A DNA stretch of 64,000 bases from a virus (Duplodnaviria > Caudoviricetes): IMG/VR virus record IMGVR_UViG_3300011008_000057, positions 2,205 to 66,204 of that record; one strand, 5' to 3'. Of this stretch, positions 8,743-17,692 are shown piece by piece. A program made the translations under genes and the position numbers. Every line of letters begins with the position of its first letter. Position 1 is the first letter of the stretch. The notes beneath the pieces were generated by a model that was given only the letters and a program-made list of their open reading frames with translations, ran no database searches and was not told where the DNA came from.

Positions 8743-9234
8743 ATGATTTATACCAACGAAGAAAACACACTGTTCCTCAATGGAGCGGAATATGAGGCCG
8801 TACCAAGTTTTGATATTTGCGATTCTTGCGACTTGAAAGATGTCGTTGGAACTGTATGCAGTATAAAATGCCTTTCAAATGAACGAAAAGACGGAAAACA
8901 TGTAATCTGGAAAAAGAAAGGAGTTGACAAAATGATAAACGAACCTTCACACATCAAACCCAACCCTGAAGAGGAAATGGAGCGCAAGCAACTCATGGAA
9001 ACCATTCGGGCGGAAGGCGACCAGCTTGCAAAGACCATCATGAGAATGGAAGCAGGCTTCCCAAAGAAAGTCTTGTTTGTTCCAAAAGAAAAGGACGGGA
9101 AGGTAGGCGGATTCGAACTCAAAATAGAAACGTCACCTGAAATCCAGGAACTCATCGACCGCCACACCAAACGCTGGCAGGACATGATTGAGCAGCACAA
9201 CAAGAAATTCGGTCTTGGAAAAATAATGATGTAA
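8743..9234 (+). CDS. hypothetical phage protein
   Basis: 163-aa ORF with an N-terminal CDSC...C...C cluster. Confidence 0.6.
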   Translation: MIYTNEENTLFLNGAEYEAVPSFDICDSCDLKDVVGTVCSIKCLSNERKDGKHVIWKKKGVDKMINEPSHIKPNPEEEMERKQLMETIRAEGDQLAKTIMRMEAGFPKKVLFVPKEKDGKVGGFELKIETSPEIQELIDRHTKRWQDMIEQHNKKFGLGKIMM

Positions 9235-9237
9235 GAA

Positions 9238-9507
9238 ATGGCTGACAAGACCTTCCAAGACTACATCATGTCGAAACTCGACGAGATCCACAACGCCAAA
9301 CTTGGCAAGGTGGAACCGACGCACGTCACCATCGGCGAGATGTCGCAGGCCCTCAACGAGGAAATGCGCAACACCCTCAACGACCTGTTCTGCCAAGGCA
9401 AGATCAGGGTCGGTGACACTCTCAACGGCAAATACATACTCTCTTACAGATGGGAAAATTCGAGCAGACAACAGCATACTACGGCGCCTACTACCTCGGA
9501 GCACTGA
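9238..9507 (+). CDS. hypothetical phage protein (possible winged HTH)
   Basis: 89-aa ORF; LNDLFCQGKIRVGDTLNGKY pattern. Confidence 0.55.
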   Translation: MADKTFQDYIMSKLDEIHNAKLGKVEPTHVTIGEMSQALNEEMRNTLNDLFCQGKIRVGDTLNGKYILSYRWENSSRQQHTTAPTTSEH

Positions 9508-9758
9508 TAGCGGCCAAGAAGATAATCGAGTCATATCCTCCGAAAGCCAAAGGTGACGACGGCATTTACACCAAGGCCGAATTGGAGTTGATAACGCGAG
9601 ACAAGGCAAACATGCAGAAGTTCCTTGAAGGATGCCATCGAATCGGATTCCGCAACCATGTCCGCAACGCAAAGGGCATACTTGTGAGTTGCGAGGCATA
9701 CTGGGTTGAAGAGCCGAAAAAGGAAATCGCATTGGAATCCAGTAACTTACAAAAATAG
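9450..9758 (+). CDS. hypothetical phage protein
   Basis: 102-aa ORF overlapping the previous gene. Confidence 0.55.
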   Translation: MGKFEQTTAYYGAYYLGALIAAKKIIESYPPKAKGDDGIYTKAELELITRDKANMQKFLEGCHRIGFRNHVRNAKGILVSCEAYWVEEPKKEIALESSNLQK

Positions 9759-9782
9759 CAGACAACAAGTCACACTCAACCC

Positions 9783-9813
9783 ATTGCCGTGAATATTCAC
9801 TTTTGTAATTTTG
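9783..9813 (+). promoter_or_regulatory. Bacteroidota housekeeping promoter for recombinase
   Basis: ATTG (9783-86), 19-nt spacer, then TAATTTTG (9806-13). Confidence 0.55.
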
Positions 9814-9845
9814 CCGCCGAAAGTGAATATCAAAAAGCAAACATC

Positions 9846-10454
9846 ATGGCAAAGAAAGGACAACTCACCACGGCAGAATGGATGGAATACGGCGAATATC
9901 AACGCCTGCTCACCTGCCTCCACAACGACAAGGAATACCTTTGGGAAACCTACGCCCGGCTCGGCTTCTGCACAGGATGCCGTATTTCCGACATCCTCAC
10001 GATGAAATGGAAGGATGTGCTCGCCGCCGAATGCACGGTCATCGAGAAGAAAACGGGGAAGGCCCGCAAGGTCAGCTTCAACGAGTCGGTGCATACCCGT
10101 CTCGCGGAACTCTACCAACTCCAAGGCAGCCCGGACACCGACAACTTGGTCTTTGAGAGTCCGACCGCAAAATGGCACACGGTTTACCACAAGCCGCATC
10201 CTTTCTCACAGCAACATGTCAACCTCAAGTTCCGCGAGTTCAAGAAAAGGTACGGCATCCACATCGGCAACTTCTCGTCTCACACCTTCAGAAAGACTTT
10301 CGGACGCTATGTGTACGACAGCCTCGGTCGCACCGAAGAAAGCCTGGTACTGCTGAACAAGATTTTCAGGCACTCGTCCATCGCCATGACCAAGGTCTAC
10401 ATCGGCATCACCGACGACGAAATCAAGAGTGTGTTTGACTCCATAAAGTTCTGA
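9846..10454 (+). CDS. Tyrosine recombinase (catalytic domain only, 202 aa)
   Basis: Catalytic residues: TGCRISD (R), SHTFRKTF (HxxR), FRHSS (H), TKVYIG (Y). No N-terminal arm-binding domain. Confidence 0.9.
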   Translation: MAKKGQLTTAEWMEYGEYQRLLTCLHNDKEYLWETYARLGFCTGCRISDILTMKWKDVLAAECTVIEKKTGKARKVSFNESVHTRLAELYQLQGSPDTDNLVFESPTAKWHTVYHKPHPFSQQHVNLKFREFKKRYGIHIGNFSSHTFRKTFGRYVYDSLGRTEESLVLLNKIFRHSSIAMTKVYIGITDDEIKSVFDSIKF

Positions 10455-10458
10455 CGCA

Positions 10459-10998
10459 ATGGAATGGACTGAAGGAAACACGGTGCATTTCTCATTAAGG
10501 AGGTCGTATAGCCACAGCTCGGTGTTCACAGCCATCGTCGGGCGTGACCCCGACCCCGACCCGTTCCTCAGATCCACACGATACGTCTTTATCCCCGCGC
10601 AACGCATCGCCTTTGCCGTCCACGATGTCGAAATAATCAAGGACGACAAGGAAAGATGGGCAGCAAGGGAACAACACCCCGACATGCCAAGCATTGTCTT
10701 CGTCGACGGCATCACGGCAAGGAAGATAAACACCCGACGCCACGACAACCTCGACTGCGACTTCAAAGGCTGTCTCGACCGATACCACTGCCTTTGGTTC
10801 AATCCAGACTCGGAGAAGGACAAAAAAGGCAAGAGGAAGCCATACAACAAAATCCCAAAGACCCACCGCGTCGGCGACGAACAATGCCCAAGGTTCTTCA
10901 ACAGGGCGGATGTCAAGGTCGTCAAACGGACCAAACCGGAACCGGAACCGGAACCGCCGCCGCCAAGACCGCCAGTCATCCTTTACTCCATCGAATGA
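10459..10998 (+). CDS. hypothetical protein with Cys cluster and Pro-rich tail
   Basis: CDFKGCLDRYHC...CPRF; PEPEPEPPPPRPP C-terminus. Confidence 0.6.
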   Translation: MEWTEGNTVHFSLRRSYSHSSVFTAIVGRDPDPDPFLRSTRYVFIPAQRIAFAVHDVEIIKDDKERWAAREQHPDMPSIVFVDGITARKINTRRHDNLDCDFKGCLDRYHCLWFNPDSEKDKKGKRKPYNKIPKTHRVGDEQCPRFFNRADVKVVKRTKPEPEPEPPPPRPPVILYSIE

Positions 10999-11006
10999 AA
11001 CACAAG

Positions 11007-11028
11007 AAGCCCGTCAAGGGCTTTTTTT
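11007..11028 (+). terminator. Rho-independent terminator ending early block
   Basis: AAGCCC-GTCAA-GGGCTT followed by TTTTT. Confidence 0.8.
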
Positions 11029-11046
11029 GTTCCCTGACATGATTCT

Positions 11047-11075
11047 GCAAACATTTGGAGCCTCGACGGACTATT
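11047..11075 (+). promoter_or_regulatory. Putative phage late promoter (portal operon)
   Basis: GCAAAC-N18-CTATT; motif repeated before six late operons. Confidence 0.7.
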
Positions 11076-11096
11076 CAAAGGAAAAACCGCATCTGA

Positions 11097-12419
11097 ATGG
11101 AAGTCGAGACCACGGACAAAGAGAAATTCAACATAGACCTTTTGGAGGCCATTTTCAGGACTTCGAAGAAGACCATACAGGAGTATGTGCGCGAGATTGA
11201 GCGCTACAACCGCTTCAAGTCGATGCAGAACGTGCTGGGCGGTCAGGGCTGCGTGATGGACGACCGTGGCAGACTGATGGACCTGTATGATGCCTGCGTG
11301 CAACAGGACGCGCACCTTGCGGGTGTCATCGAGACGCTGGAGTCGCAAATCATCGGCGAGCGCTACATGCTGTGCCATGTGAACGACAAAGGCAAGTTCG
11401 TCAAGGATGTAGATGCGACGGAGAAGGTGCAAGGCTCGCAGTTCGACAAGTTGATCCGTGGCATCATGGAGGCGAAACTGTACGGCTACACCGCCATAGA
11501 GATTCTGCCCGACATTGACAAGTGGACCGGAAAACTGAAGACCATCAATCTCATTGAGCGGCGCAATGTGCTGCCCGACCAGAGGCGCATCGTGCAGAGA
11601 CAGGGCATCTGGTTGCCCGGATGGGACTTTGACGACCACCAGTACGAGAACAACTACATCCTCGTCAACTGCGGTTCTTTGGGCCTGTTCTCGGCTACAA
11701 CTCCGCTGATTCTCGCCAAGAAGTTCACCTTGGCCAACTACGTCAATTTCTCGCACACCTACGGACAGCCCATCATCCACGGCAAGACCGATTCGACCAT
11801 GCAGTCGGACCGCAAGAAACTCGCCAATGATATCGCGAGCGCGGCACAGAACAAGGTCATCGTCACCGGATTGAACGACGAGGTTGACATCAAGACCTTC
11901 ACCATGTCGAACTCGGAGAAGATTTTCACCGGACTGATGGAACTGGTTGACCGTGATGTGTCGAACCTCATTCTCGGCTCGGAGTCGATGGCTGGTGCCA
12001 CGATGTCGTATGTGGGTGCCACCCGTGCCCATCAGGACATCTTCAGGGACAGGGTTGAATCGTATCGCCGTTACATTGAGAACGTGATGAACGAGGAGGT
12101 TCTGCCGCGTCTTGTCGCTATGGGCTATCTTGAAAAGGGACTGGTGTTCAAGTACGCGAAGCGCCTTGAAATGAGCGACCAAGACCAGATTCAACTTTAC
12201 GACTTCATTACCGACAAGTATGAGGTCAGCGCCGACGAGATTGAAAAGACCTTCGGCGTGGTGGTTGGCAGGCAGATCAACCTGATTGAAGGCGGCGGAG
12301 GTGGTGGAGGCGCCACTGGTGGCGACGACGACCACCACATCATGTCGGACGAGGAATATTATAAAAGGTACGGCCACCGCCGTGGTGAACCTGCAAATTT
12401 TTTCAGGGGGAGGCAGTGA
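11097..12419 (+). CDS. Portal protein (Mu gp29/DUF935-like)
   Basis: LYD...QDAHLAGVI, KLYGYTAIE, YGQP, LILGSESM and VHQD-like motifs; first gene of the head module. Confidence 0.85.
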   Translation: MEVETTDKEKFNIDLLEAIFRTSKKTIQEYVREIERYNRFKSMQNVLGGQGCVMDDRGRLMDLYDACVQQDAHLAGVIETLESQIIGERYMLCHVNDKGKFVKDVDATEKVQGSQFDKLIRGIMEAKLYGYTAIEILPDIDKWTGKLKTINLIERRNVLPDQRRIVQRQGIWLPGWDFDDHQYENNYILVNCGSLGLFSATTPLILAKKFTLANYVNFSHTYGQPIIHGKTDSTMQSDRKKLANDIASAAQNKVIVTGLNDEVDIKTFTMSNSEKIFTGLMELVDRDVSNLILGSESMAGATMSYVGATRAHQDIFRDRVESYRRYIENVMNEEVLPRLVAMGYLEKGLVFKYAKRLEMSDQDQIQLYDFITDKYEVSADEIEKTFGVVVGRQINLIEGGGGGGGATGGDDDHHIMSDEEYYKRYGHRRGEPANFFRGRQ

Positions 12420-13303
12420 AAGCGGCACACGGCATCCCGGTGAAAGCACAGGAAGACATAGAGCCGACAGAAGACGACCTTGACGAAAAGGCGTATGCCG
12501 CATTGCTGGCCATTTTCGAGGACTTCATCAAAGGCACAGGAGAGCAGATTACGATTGACGAGCTGCTTGAAGCGTTGGCGGCCTTGCGTGCCAAGTTCGG
12601 CATCGACGCTGCATTGAAAGGCTTTGAGATAGATTGGGAAACGGCATTTGAACTGCTCAATTCAGATGTCGCCAAACTGACGAATGAAGAAAAGAAACGC
12701 CGCGATGTGCTGATGGCCGCTTTCGACAACATCGTTGACTTTTCCGTGGCCGAGGAATACCAGATGATTGAAGATGTCGAGGACATGGCTGGCGAGCTGG
12801 AATGGGGTATGGAAACGGAGAGCGGTTTGCCTGACTGGATGGAAAGCCTGTTCAAGAAATACAATCTGACCTACATGGGTGTGGAGAACGGCGACATTGA
12901 GCACGCCATGCACATTGCGGTGATGCTGTATATGCTTGATGACGGGACGATGCTGACTTACAGGACGCAGCTTGACGACCGTGTGCGCCCGTGGCACGCC
13001 GTGTGGGAAGGCTATACGGTTCCGAAGATGCTTTTCCCCGAATGGCTCATTCCGCCCATCGAGCACGGTTGCCGTTGCTTCCTTGAAGAAGAAACCATCA
13101 AGGGCATGTTGGATGTGAAGGCTGCCGTGTATGAGGTTCCTGAAATGCCGTCGTGGTTCAACAGGACTTTCAAGGAGAGTGTGGCCAAGGGTGGCAGGAT
13201 CTTCTCCGACGAGCATCCGTATTTCGATGTGAAGGATGAAGACATTGAGCGGCTGCAAGGCATGGCCGAGAAGATAAAGAAAGGGCTTCTGAATGGCAAT
13301 TAA
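12416..13303 (+). CDS. Head morphogenesis protein (Mu gpF/SPP1 gp7-like)
   Basis: YRTQLDDRVRPWH...PPIEHGCRC motif. Confidence 0.85.
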   Translation: MKAAHGIPVKAQEDIEPTEDDLDEKAYAALLAIFEDFIKGTGEQITIDELLEALAALRAKFGIDAALKGFEIDWETAFELLNSDVAKLTNEEKKRRDVLMAAFDNIVDFSVAEEYQMIEDVEDMAGELEWGMETESGLPDWMESLFKKYNLTYMGVENGDIEHAMHIAVMLYMLDDGTMLTYRTQLDDRVRPWHAVWEGYTVPKMLFPEWLIPPIEHGCRCFLEEETIKGMLDVKAAVYEVPEMPSWFNRTFKESVAKGGRIFSDEHPYFDVKDEDIERLQGMAEKIKKGLLNGN

Positions 13304-13829
13304 GGTGACACCGGAACAAGTTGCTGCACAATGGGCCTTGCTGAAGCATGTGTTCAATGTGAACGCTTGGAACTTTGAGGTTGAGGCGAGCAAGGCAGCG
13401 AAAGAGACCTTCATAGGCTCTTTCGACAGGAGAGGCTTCAATACGAGGGGAGGCGGGAAATGGCCTCCGAGAAAGAAGACGCCGAAGCCGTACCATCCCA
13501 TCCTGAAAGAGACAGGCACATTGAAAAACTCCATCACAACCAAGGTGGCTGGAAGATGGAGTTTGGCCGGTGGCCGACATCTGACTGCGCATGTCTATAC
13601 GGACCCGAAGAAGTTCAACACGGCTGCAAGGCACAGGGGGTTCTGCTATGCAGCGGTACACAACGCCCCTGACGGCTCCGGGTTCAGGACCGGTAGGGCA
13701 GCCAATATCGCCAGAAGGCAGTTCATCGGCCATTCGACTGTTCTTGACGACAAGATGCTTAAACTGACACACCTGCTGCTGAGGGGTTTCCCTGTGACGA
13801 GAAAGATACCGCACACGGCATTAACATAA
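13293..13829 (+). CDS. Virion morphogenesis / tail completion protein (Mu gpG-like)
   Basis: GGGKWPPRK, ILKETGTL, AAVHN, ARRQFIG motifs. Confidence 0.75.
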   Translation: MAIKVTPEQVAAQWALLKHVFNVNAWNFEVEASKAAKETFIGSFDRRGFNTRGGGKWPPRKKTPKPYHPILKETGTLKNSITTKVAGRWSLAGGRHLTAHVYTDPKKFNTAARHRGFCYAAVHNAPDGSGFRTGRAANIARRQFIGHSTVLDDKMLKLTHLLLRGFPVTRKIPHTALT

Positions 13830-13842
13830 ATAATGAATAACA

Positions 13843-14601
13843 ATGATAGTAAGCAAGAAAAAGAACCAACAACCTGCGGAAACGGTCCATACAGAGACAG
13901 TGGCCGTGCCTGTAAATCCGCTTACCGAAGCATATAATGCCGTCCGTGAGATTATTTTGACCATCAAGGAGGACTGGACCATCAAAGAGAACGAACCAGA
14001 CACTCCGCCGTATTTCAAGACTGTCAAATTCGATAACGGGCAGCTGGCGAGGGTGAAAGGCAGAAGGCACAACACAGAATACCCAATCGTATTCCCGGCA
14101 GTCTTTATCCACTTCATTGATGTGAACTACAATGTGGGTCAGTCGAACATTGCCGAGGGCAAAGGCTCGATGCGCATCCACTATGTGCTGAACAGGTTGA
14201 ACAACAGTGACGATGTTGTTGAAACCGAAGTGTTGGAAATGTTCTCGATTATCAATACTGCCATACAGGATCAGAAGTATAAGTATCCTGCATTGTCGAA
14301 ACGATTCCAATTGGCTTATTGGGACCAGCCGTTGAGTTTCGACGACGGGTTGCAGCCATGCTGGATTGAATACGACATACAGTTTAACGACTACACCACA
14401 TATACGCAGCGCAACTATGTGGAGCGCTATATCGTTGCTCCGCCCTTCACTGACCACAGCGACCAGCTTGAGGAACACCGCAACGGTCACGAGGACCACA
14501 AGGTTCCGTTGTACGAAGACCTTCCTGGTTTTGTATATCCCAAGGTTGAAGAGAATATCAATGTCCCAACTGTTAGCGAAAACGATGAAAATGGCGAATA
14601 A
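13843..14601 (+). CDS. putative neck/tail-terminator protein
   Basis: 252-aa ORF in head module; FPAVFIHF pattern. Function inferred from position. Confidence 0.5.
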   Translation: MIVSKKKNQQPAETVHTETVAVPVNPLTEAYNAVREIILTIKEDWTIKENEPDTPPYFKTVKFDNGQLARVKGRRHNTEYPIVFPAVFIHFIDVNYNVGQSNIAEGKGSMRIHYVLNRLNNSDDVVETEVLEMFSIINTAIQDQKYKYPALSKRFQLAYWDQPLSFDDGLQPCWIEYDIQFNDYTTYTQRNYVERYIVAPPFTDHSDQLEEHRNGHEDHKVPLYEDLPGFVYPKVEENINVPTVSENDENGE

Positions 14602-14602
14602 A

Positions 14603-14629
14603 AAACCTTTTTCGACCGTGCCATCTATT
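14603..14629 (+). promoter_or_regulatory. Putative phage late promoter (protease/capsid operon)
   Basis: AAAC (14603-06)-N18-CTATT (14625-29). Confidence 0.7.
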
Positions 14630-14650
14630 GCCTAATAAAGCGAGTGCTTA

Positions 14651-15910
14651 ATGGATGTAAACAACCTGAAACATGTGGTCGGAAGTTACGAGCAGGGCAA
14701 ACCTGCCGTAATCCGGTTCTTTGGTCCTGTCGATTACTGGACCGTAAACGAGTTCAACGAAGAGTTCCTGTGGTTGCAGGAATGGGTGAAGCCCAGCAAG
14801 ATTATCGTCGCCATCAACTCTGAGGGCGGTTCGGTCATCTACGGGATGAGCACATTCTCGCTGATCAACAGTTGCCCGATTGAGACCGAGTGTGTCATCG
14901 AGGGCATTGCCGCGTCGATGGGTTCCATCATCTGGGCTGCTGGCAAGCGCCTCTACATGCACGACTATTCGCTGCTGATGATTCACAACCCGTTCATCGA
15001 GGATGCCACTGACGACGAGAACACCAAGCGTTCCATCGAGGTTTTCCGCAAGCAGATCGAGACCATCTATGTGAAGCGCTTCGGACTGAGCGAAGACCAG
15101 GTGAAGGACATCATGGACGGCAAGGAGAACCTTGACGGCACCTTCTTCTCGGCACAAGAGGCCGTTGACGCGGGCATCATCCCTGAAAGCCATGTCATCG
15201 AGACCGAGAGGGCTGTGACTGACAAGATCGGCGATGTGATGGCCGAGGCCAAGGAGGGCGGCAAGGATGTGCAGGTGCGCGAAATGTTCACCTCGATTGC
15301 CGCAGAAATCAGCAATGAAAAACTTATTGCGAAACTCGAAACTATTACCAATAAAAAACAACCCCAAACACAACACTTAATGAACGAGAAGGATTTCAAA
15401 GAAATCGTGGCGCAACTCGGACTGAAAGATGACGCTACGATGATTGCTGTCTCGGCCAAGGTGGGTGATCTGTTGAAGGCGAAGGATGAGTTGGCCGCTT
15501 TGCAGGCACAACATTCCGAGCTGAACATCAAGTTCACCGGAAAGGAAACCGAGGTCAGCAACCTGAAGGGCGAACTTGCTACCGCTAAGGCTGAATTGCA
15601 GAAATACAAGGATGCCGAAGCCGCCGCCCTGAAAGCCGAGATTGAGTCTGTGGTTGACGCTGCTGTCGCCGCAGGCAAGATTACCGCCGAGGCCAAAGAA
15701 TCGTGGATTCAGATGGCCCAGAACAACTTCGAGGTTGTCAAGGCCACCCTTGAGAGCATCGAAGGCCGCAATGTCATCAGCGAGCAAATCGCCAAAGACC
15801 CGAAGAACCAAGAGCAAGCCCAAGCCGCTTTGACCGACGCCGAGAAGCAGATGCAGGAGAAGGTGAATAAGGTCGTGGGTGAGAACTTTCAACTGAAAAA
15901 GTTTAACTAA
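14651..15910 (+). CDS. ClpP-type prohead protease fused to scaffold
   Basis: INSEGGSV, GIAASMGS, LMIHNP motifs; C-terminal coiled coil. Confidence 0.9.
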   Translation: MDVNNLKHVVGSYEQGKPAVIRFFGPVDYWTVNEFNEEFLWLQEWVKPSKIIVAINSEGGSVIYGMSTFSLINSCPIETECVIEGIAASMGSIIWAAGKRLYMHDYSLLMIHNPFIEDATDDENTKRSIEVFRKQIETIYVKRFGLSEDQVKDIMDGKENLDGTFFSAQEAVDAGIIPESHVIETERAVTDKIGDVMAEAKEGGKDVQVREMFTSIAAEISNEKLIAKLETITNKKQPQTQHLMNEKDFKEIVAQLGLKDDATMIAVSAKVGDLLKAKDELAALQAQHSELNIKFTGKETEVSNLKGELATAKAELQKYKDAEAAALKAEIESVVDAAVAAGKITAEAKESWIQMAQNNFEVVKATLESIEGRNVISEQIAKDPKNQEQAQAALTDAEKQMQEKVNKVVGENFQLKKFN

Positions 15911-15922
15911 AAACGAGAACGA

Positions 15923-17236
15923 ATGGCTACTATCAATTTTTCCGCCAACGGATACAACGGCGAAGTTCTTGAGGACTTTCTTGTCTATACCGCGCAGGGG
16001 AACGAAACCTATGAGGAAGGTTTGATCCACATCGTGCCGGGTATTCAGAAAAAGAAGACCCTGCCCCATATCCAACTGGGTTCCATTATCCAAGACAACA
16101 AGCCGACGCCAACCTCCACCCAGGGTGGTGCAGGCTTGAACGGCGAGAACACTTACAACATTTCGGAGCGCTATCTTGAACCGCAGGACTTCATGGTCTA
16201 CATCGAGTTCAATCCCCGCGACTTCGAGGACTACTGGAAGCCTTTCCAACCCGAAGGAAAGCTCGTTTTCCGCGAACTCGACCCGAAGGTTCAGGCTACG
16301 ATGGCACACTTGCTGCTTGACAAGAAAGACGCCTACATTGGCCAGTCTATCTGGTGTTCGCGCAAGGGTGGTATCAATGCCGCCTACGTCTCTGACGATG
16401 CCGAAAACATTACGCTTGGTGGTTCGTGCGATGCAGGCCCGATGAAGTATTTCGACGGTGCTGTGATGCGCGTCATCAACAACGTCCAAGCTGCCCTTGC
16501 AGCCAACCCGACCGACGATGAGAAGAACGAAGTCGCTTCCGGTAAGATCATCGTCGCCGGTAACACACCGCTTTCCACCGGTGCCCAGATTCAGGCTGCC
16601 CTCTACGCCATGTGGAGAAAAGCCCCGAAGAGGGTCCGCAAGAGCAGAAAGTACCGCTTCGTGATGCCCGAAGAGATGTGGGATGTCCTTGACTCCTATT
16701 GGAGCGACAAGGACGTCAAGTACGCCGACGACACCGAGGAGAACAAGAAACGCTTCAAGGGAAAGCGTATCTCCACCATCAACGACTTGCCGGAGAACAC
16801 CATTTTCCTTGGCAAGTTCACCAGTGGAGAGGACTCCTGCCTGTGGATGGGCGTTGACTACGCCACCGACCAAGACTCGCTGGTTGTCGATACTCTGCAA
16901 AACAACTCCGAGTTGTACTTCTTCCAGATGCGCATGAAGGTCGACGTGAACTTCGCCCTTCCGGGTGAAATTGTGGTTTGGACTACCTACCACAAGAACA
17001 TCCTTGCACTGAGTGCCACCACCGCCAGTGTCGCACAAGGCGCGAGCACCACTGTCACTGTGTCAGCCTCCACTGGCCAATGCAGCGTGGCGTCCTCGCA
17101 GGCCAAGCTGACGGCCTCTATCAACGAAGGCACGATCACCATCGCTGCCGCCGCTGACTGCCCGACCGGTTCTCACACCGTGACTGTGACCGATTCCACT
17201 GGCGACACCGCCACAATCGAAGTGACTGTTTCCTAA
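15923..17236 (+). CDS. Major capsid protein with C-terminal Ig-like domain
   Basis: Directly follows protease/scaffold. The last ~78 aa (from 17000) are a Thr/Val/Ser-rich beta-sandwich ending ...TVTVTDSTGDTATIEVTVS. Confidence 0.8.
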   Translation: MATINFSANGYNGEVLEDFLVYTAQGNETYEEGLIHIVPGIQKKKTLPHIQLGSIIQDNKPTPTSTQGGAGLNGENTYNISERYLEPQDFMVYIEFNPRDFEDYWKPFQPEGKLVFRELDPKVQATMAHLLLDKKDAYIGQSIWCSRKGGINAAYVSDDAENITLGGSCDAGPMKYFDGAVMRVINNVQAALAANPTDDEKNEVASGKIIVAGNTPLSTGAQIQAALYAMWRKAPKRVRKSRKYRFVMPEEMWDVLDSYWSDKDVKYADDTEENKKRFKGKRISTINDLPENTIFLGKFTSGEDSCLWMGVDYATDQDSLVVDTLQNNSELYFFQMRMKVDVNFALPGEIVVWTTYHKNILALSATTASVAQGASTTVTVSASTGQCSVASSQAKLTASINEGTITIAAAADCPTGSHTVTVTDSTGDTATIEVTVS

Positions 17237-17302
17237 ACTGTGAAACCATAGGACTAAGGGGGTGGGCCCACCGCCCCCGAATGTCCTGAAACTAAAGGAA
17301 TC

Positions 17303-17692
17303 ATGGCAAAGAAGAAAACAGAAGACGAGACCCCGAAGGAGGAAGCCGTGGAAACCAAGGTGGTGGAGGAAACCGTCACCGAAGAGACCCACGACGAACC
17401 CCAGGGAGAGGCTGGCGACGAGGCCCCTGCCACCCAAGAGACCACGGACGAGACCCCGAAGGAGGAAGCCGTGGAAACCAAGGTGGTGGAGGAAACGAAG
17501 CCAGAGCCTGTGGCCAAGGAGCAGGACATCCCAAAGGATGTGTTGAAGATCCTTGCCATTTTCCCTGAAATGGAGTTCCTGTATGTGGGCAAGGGCGGCG
17601 GCATCTGGACCAAAGGCACGCCTGAGAGCATCAGAGGCAAGGCTGTCCTGTACAAGAATCCTTATTTCAAAAACAACAAAACTGAAAAATAA
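17303..17692 (+). CDS. acidic low-complexity protein with internal duplication
   Basis: 129 aa; DETPKEEAVETKVVEET occurs twice. Confidence 0.7.
   Translation: MAKKKTEDETPKEEAVETKVVEETVTEETHDEPQGEAGDEAPATQETTDETPKEEAVETKVVEETKPEPVAKEQDIPKDVLKILAIFPEMEFLYVGKGGGIWTKGTPESIRGKAVLYKNPYFKNNKTEK
17324..17496 (+). repeat. 50-bp exact direct repeat (17324-17373 and 17447-17496)
   Basis: GACGAGACCCCGAAGGAGGAAGCCGTGGAAACCAAGGTGGTGGAGGAAAC read at both positions. Confidence 0.95.

Noticed and set aside
10983-17038. Long minus-strand ORFs (10983-12503, 12662-13543, 15377-17038; also 25583-26584, 36322-37338, 56343-57602, 61674-63680)
   Set aside because: They are antisense shadows of well-supported + strand genes with biased third-position GC, and show no recognisable motifs.
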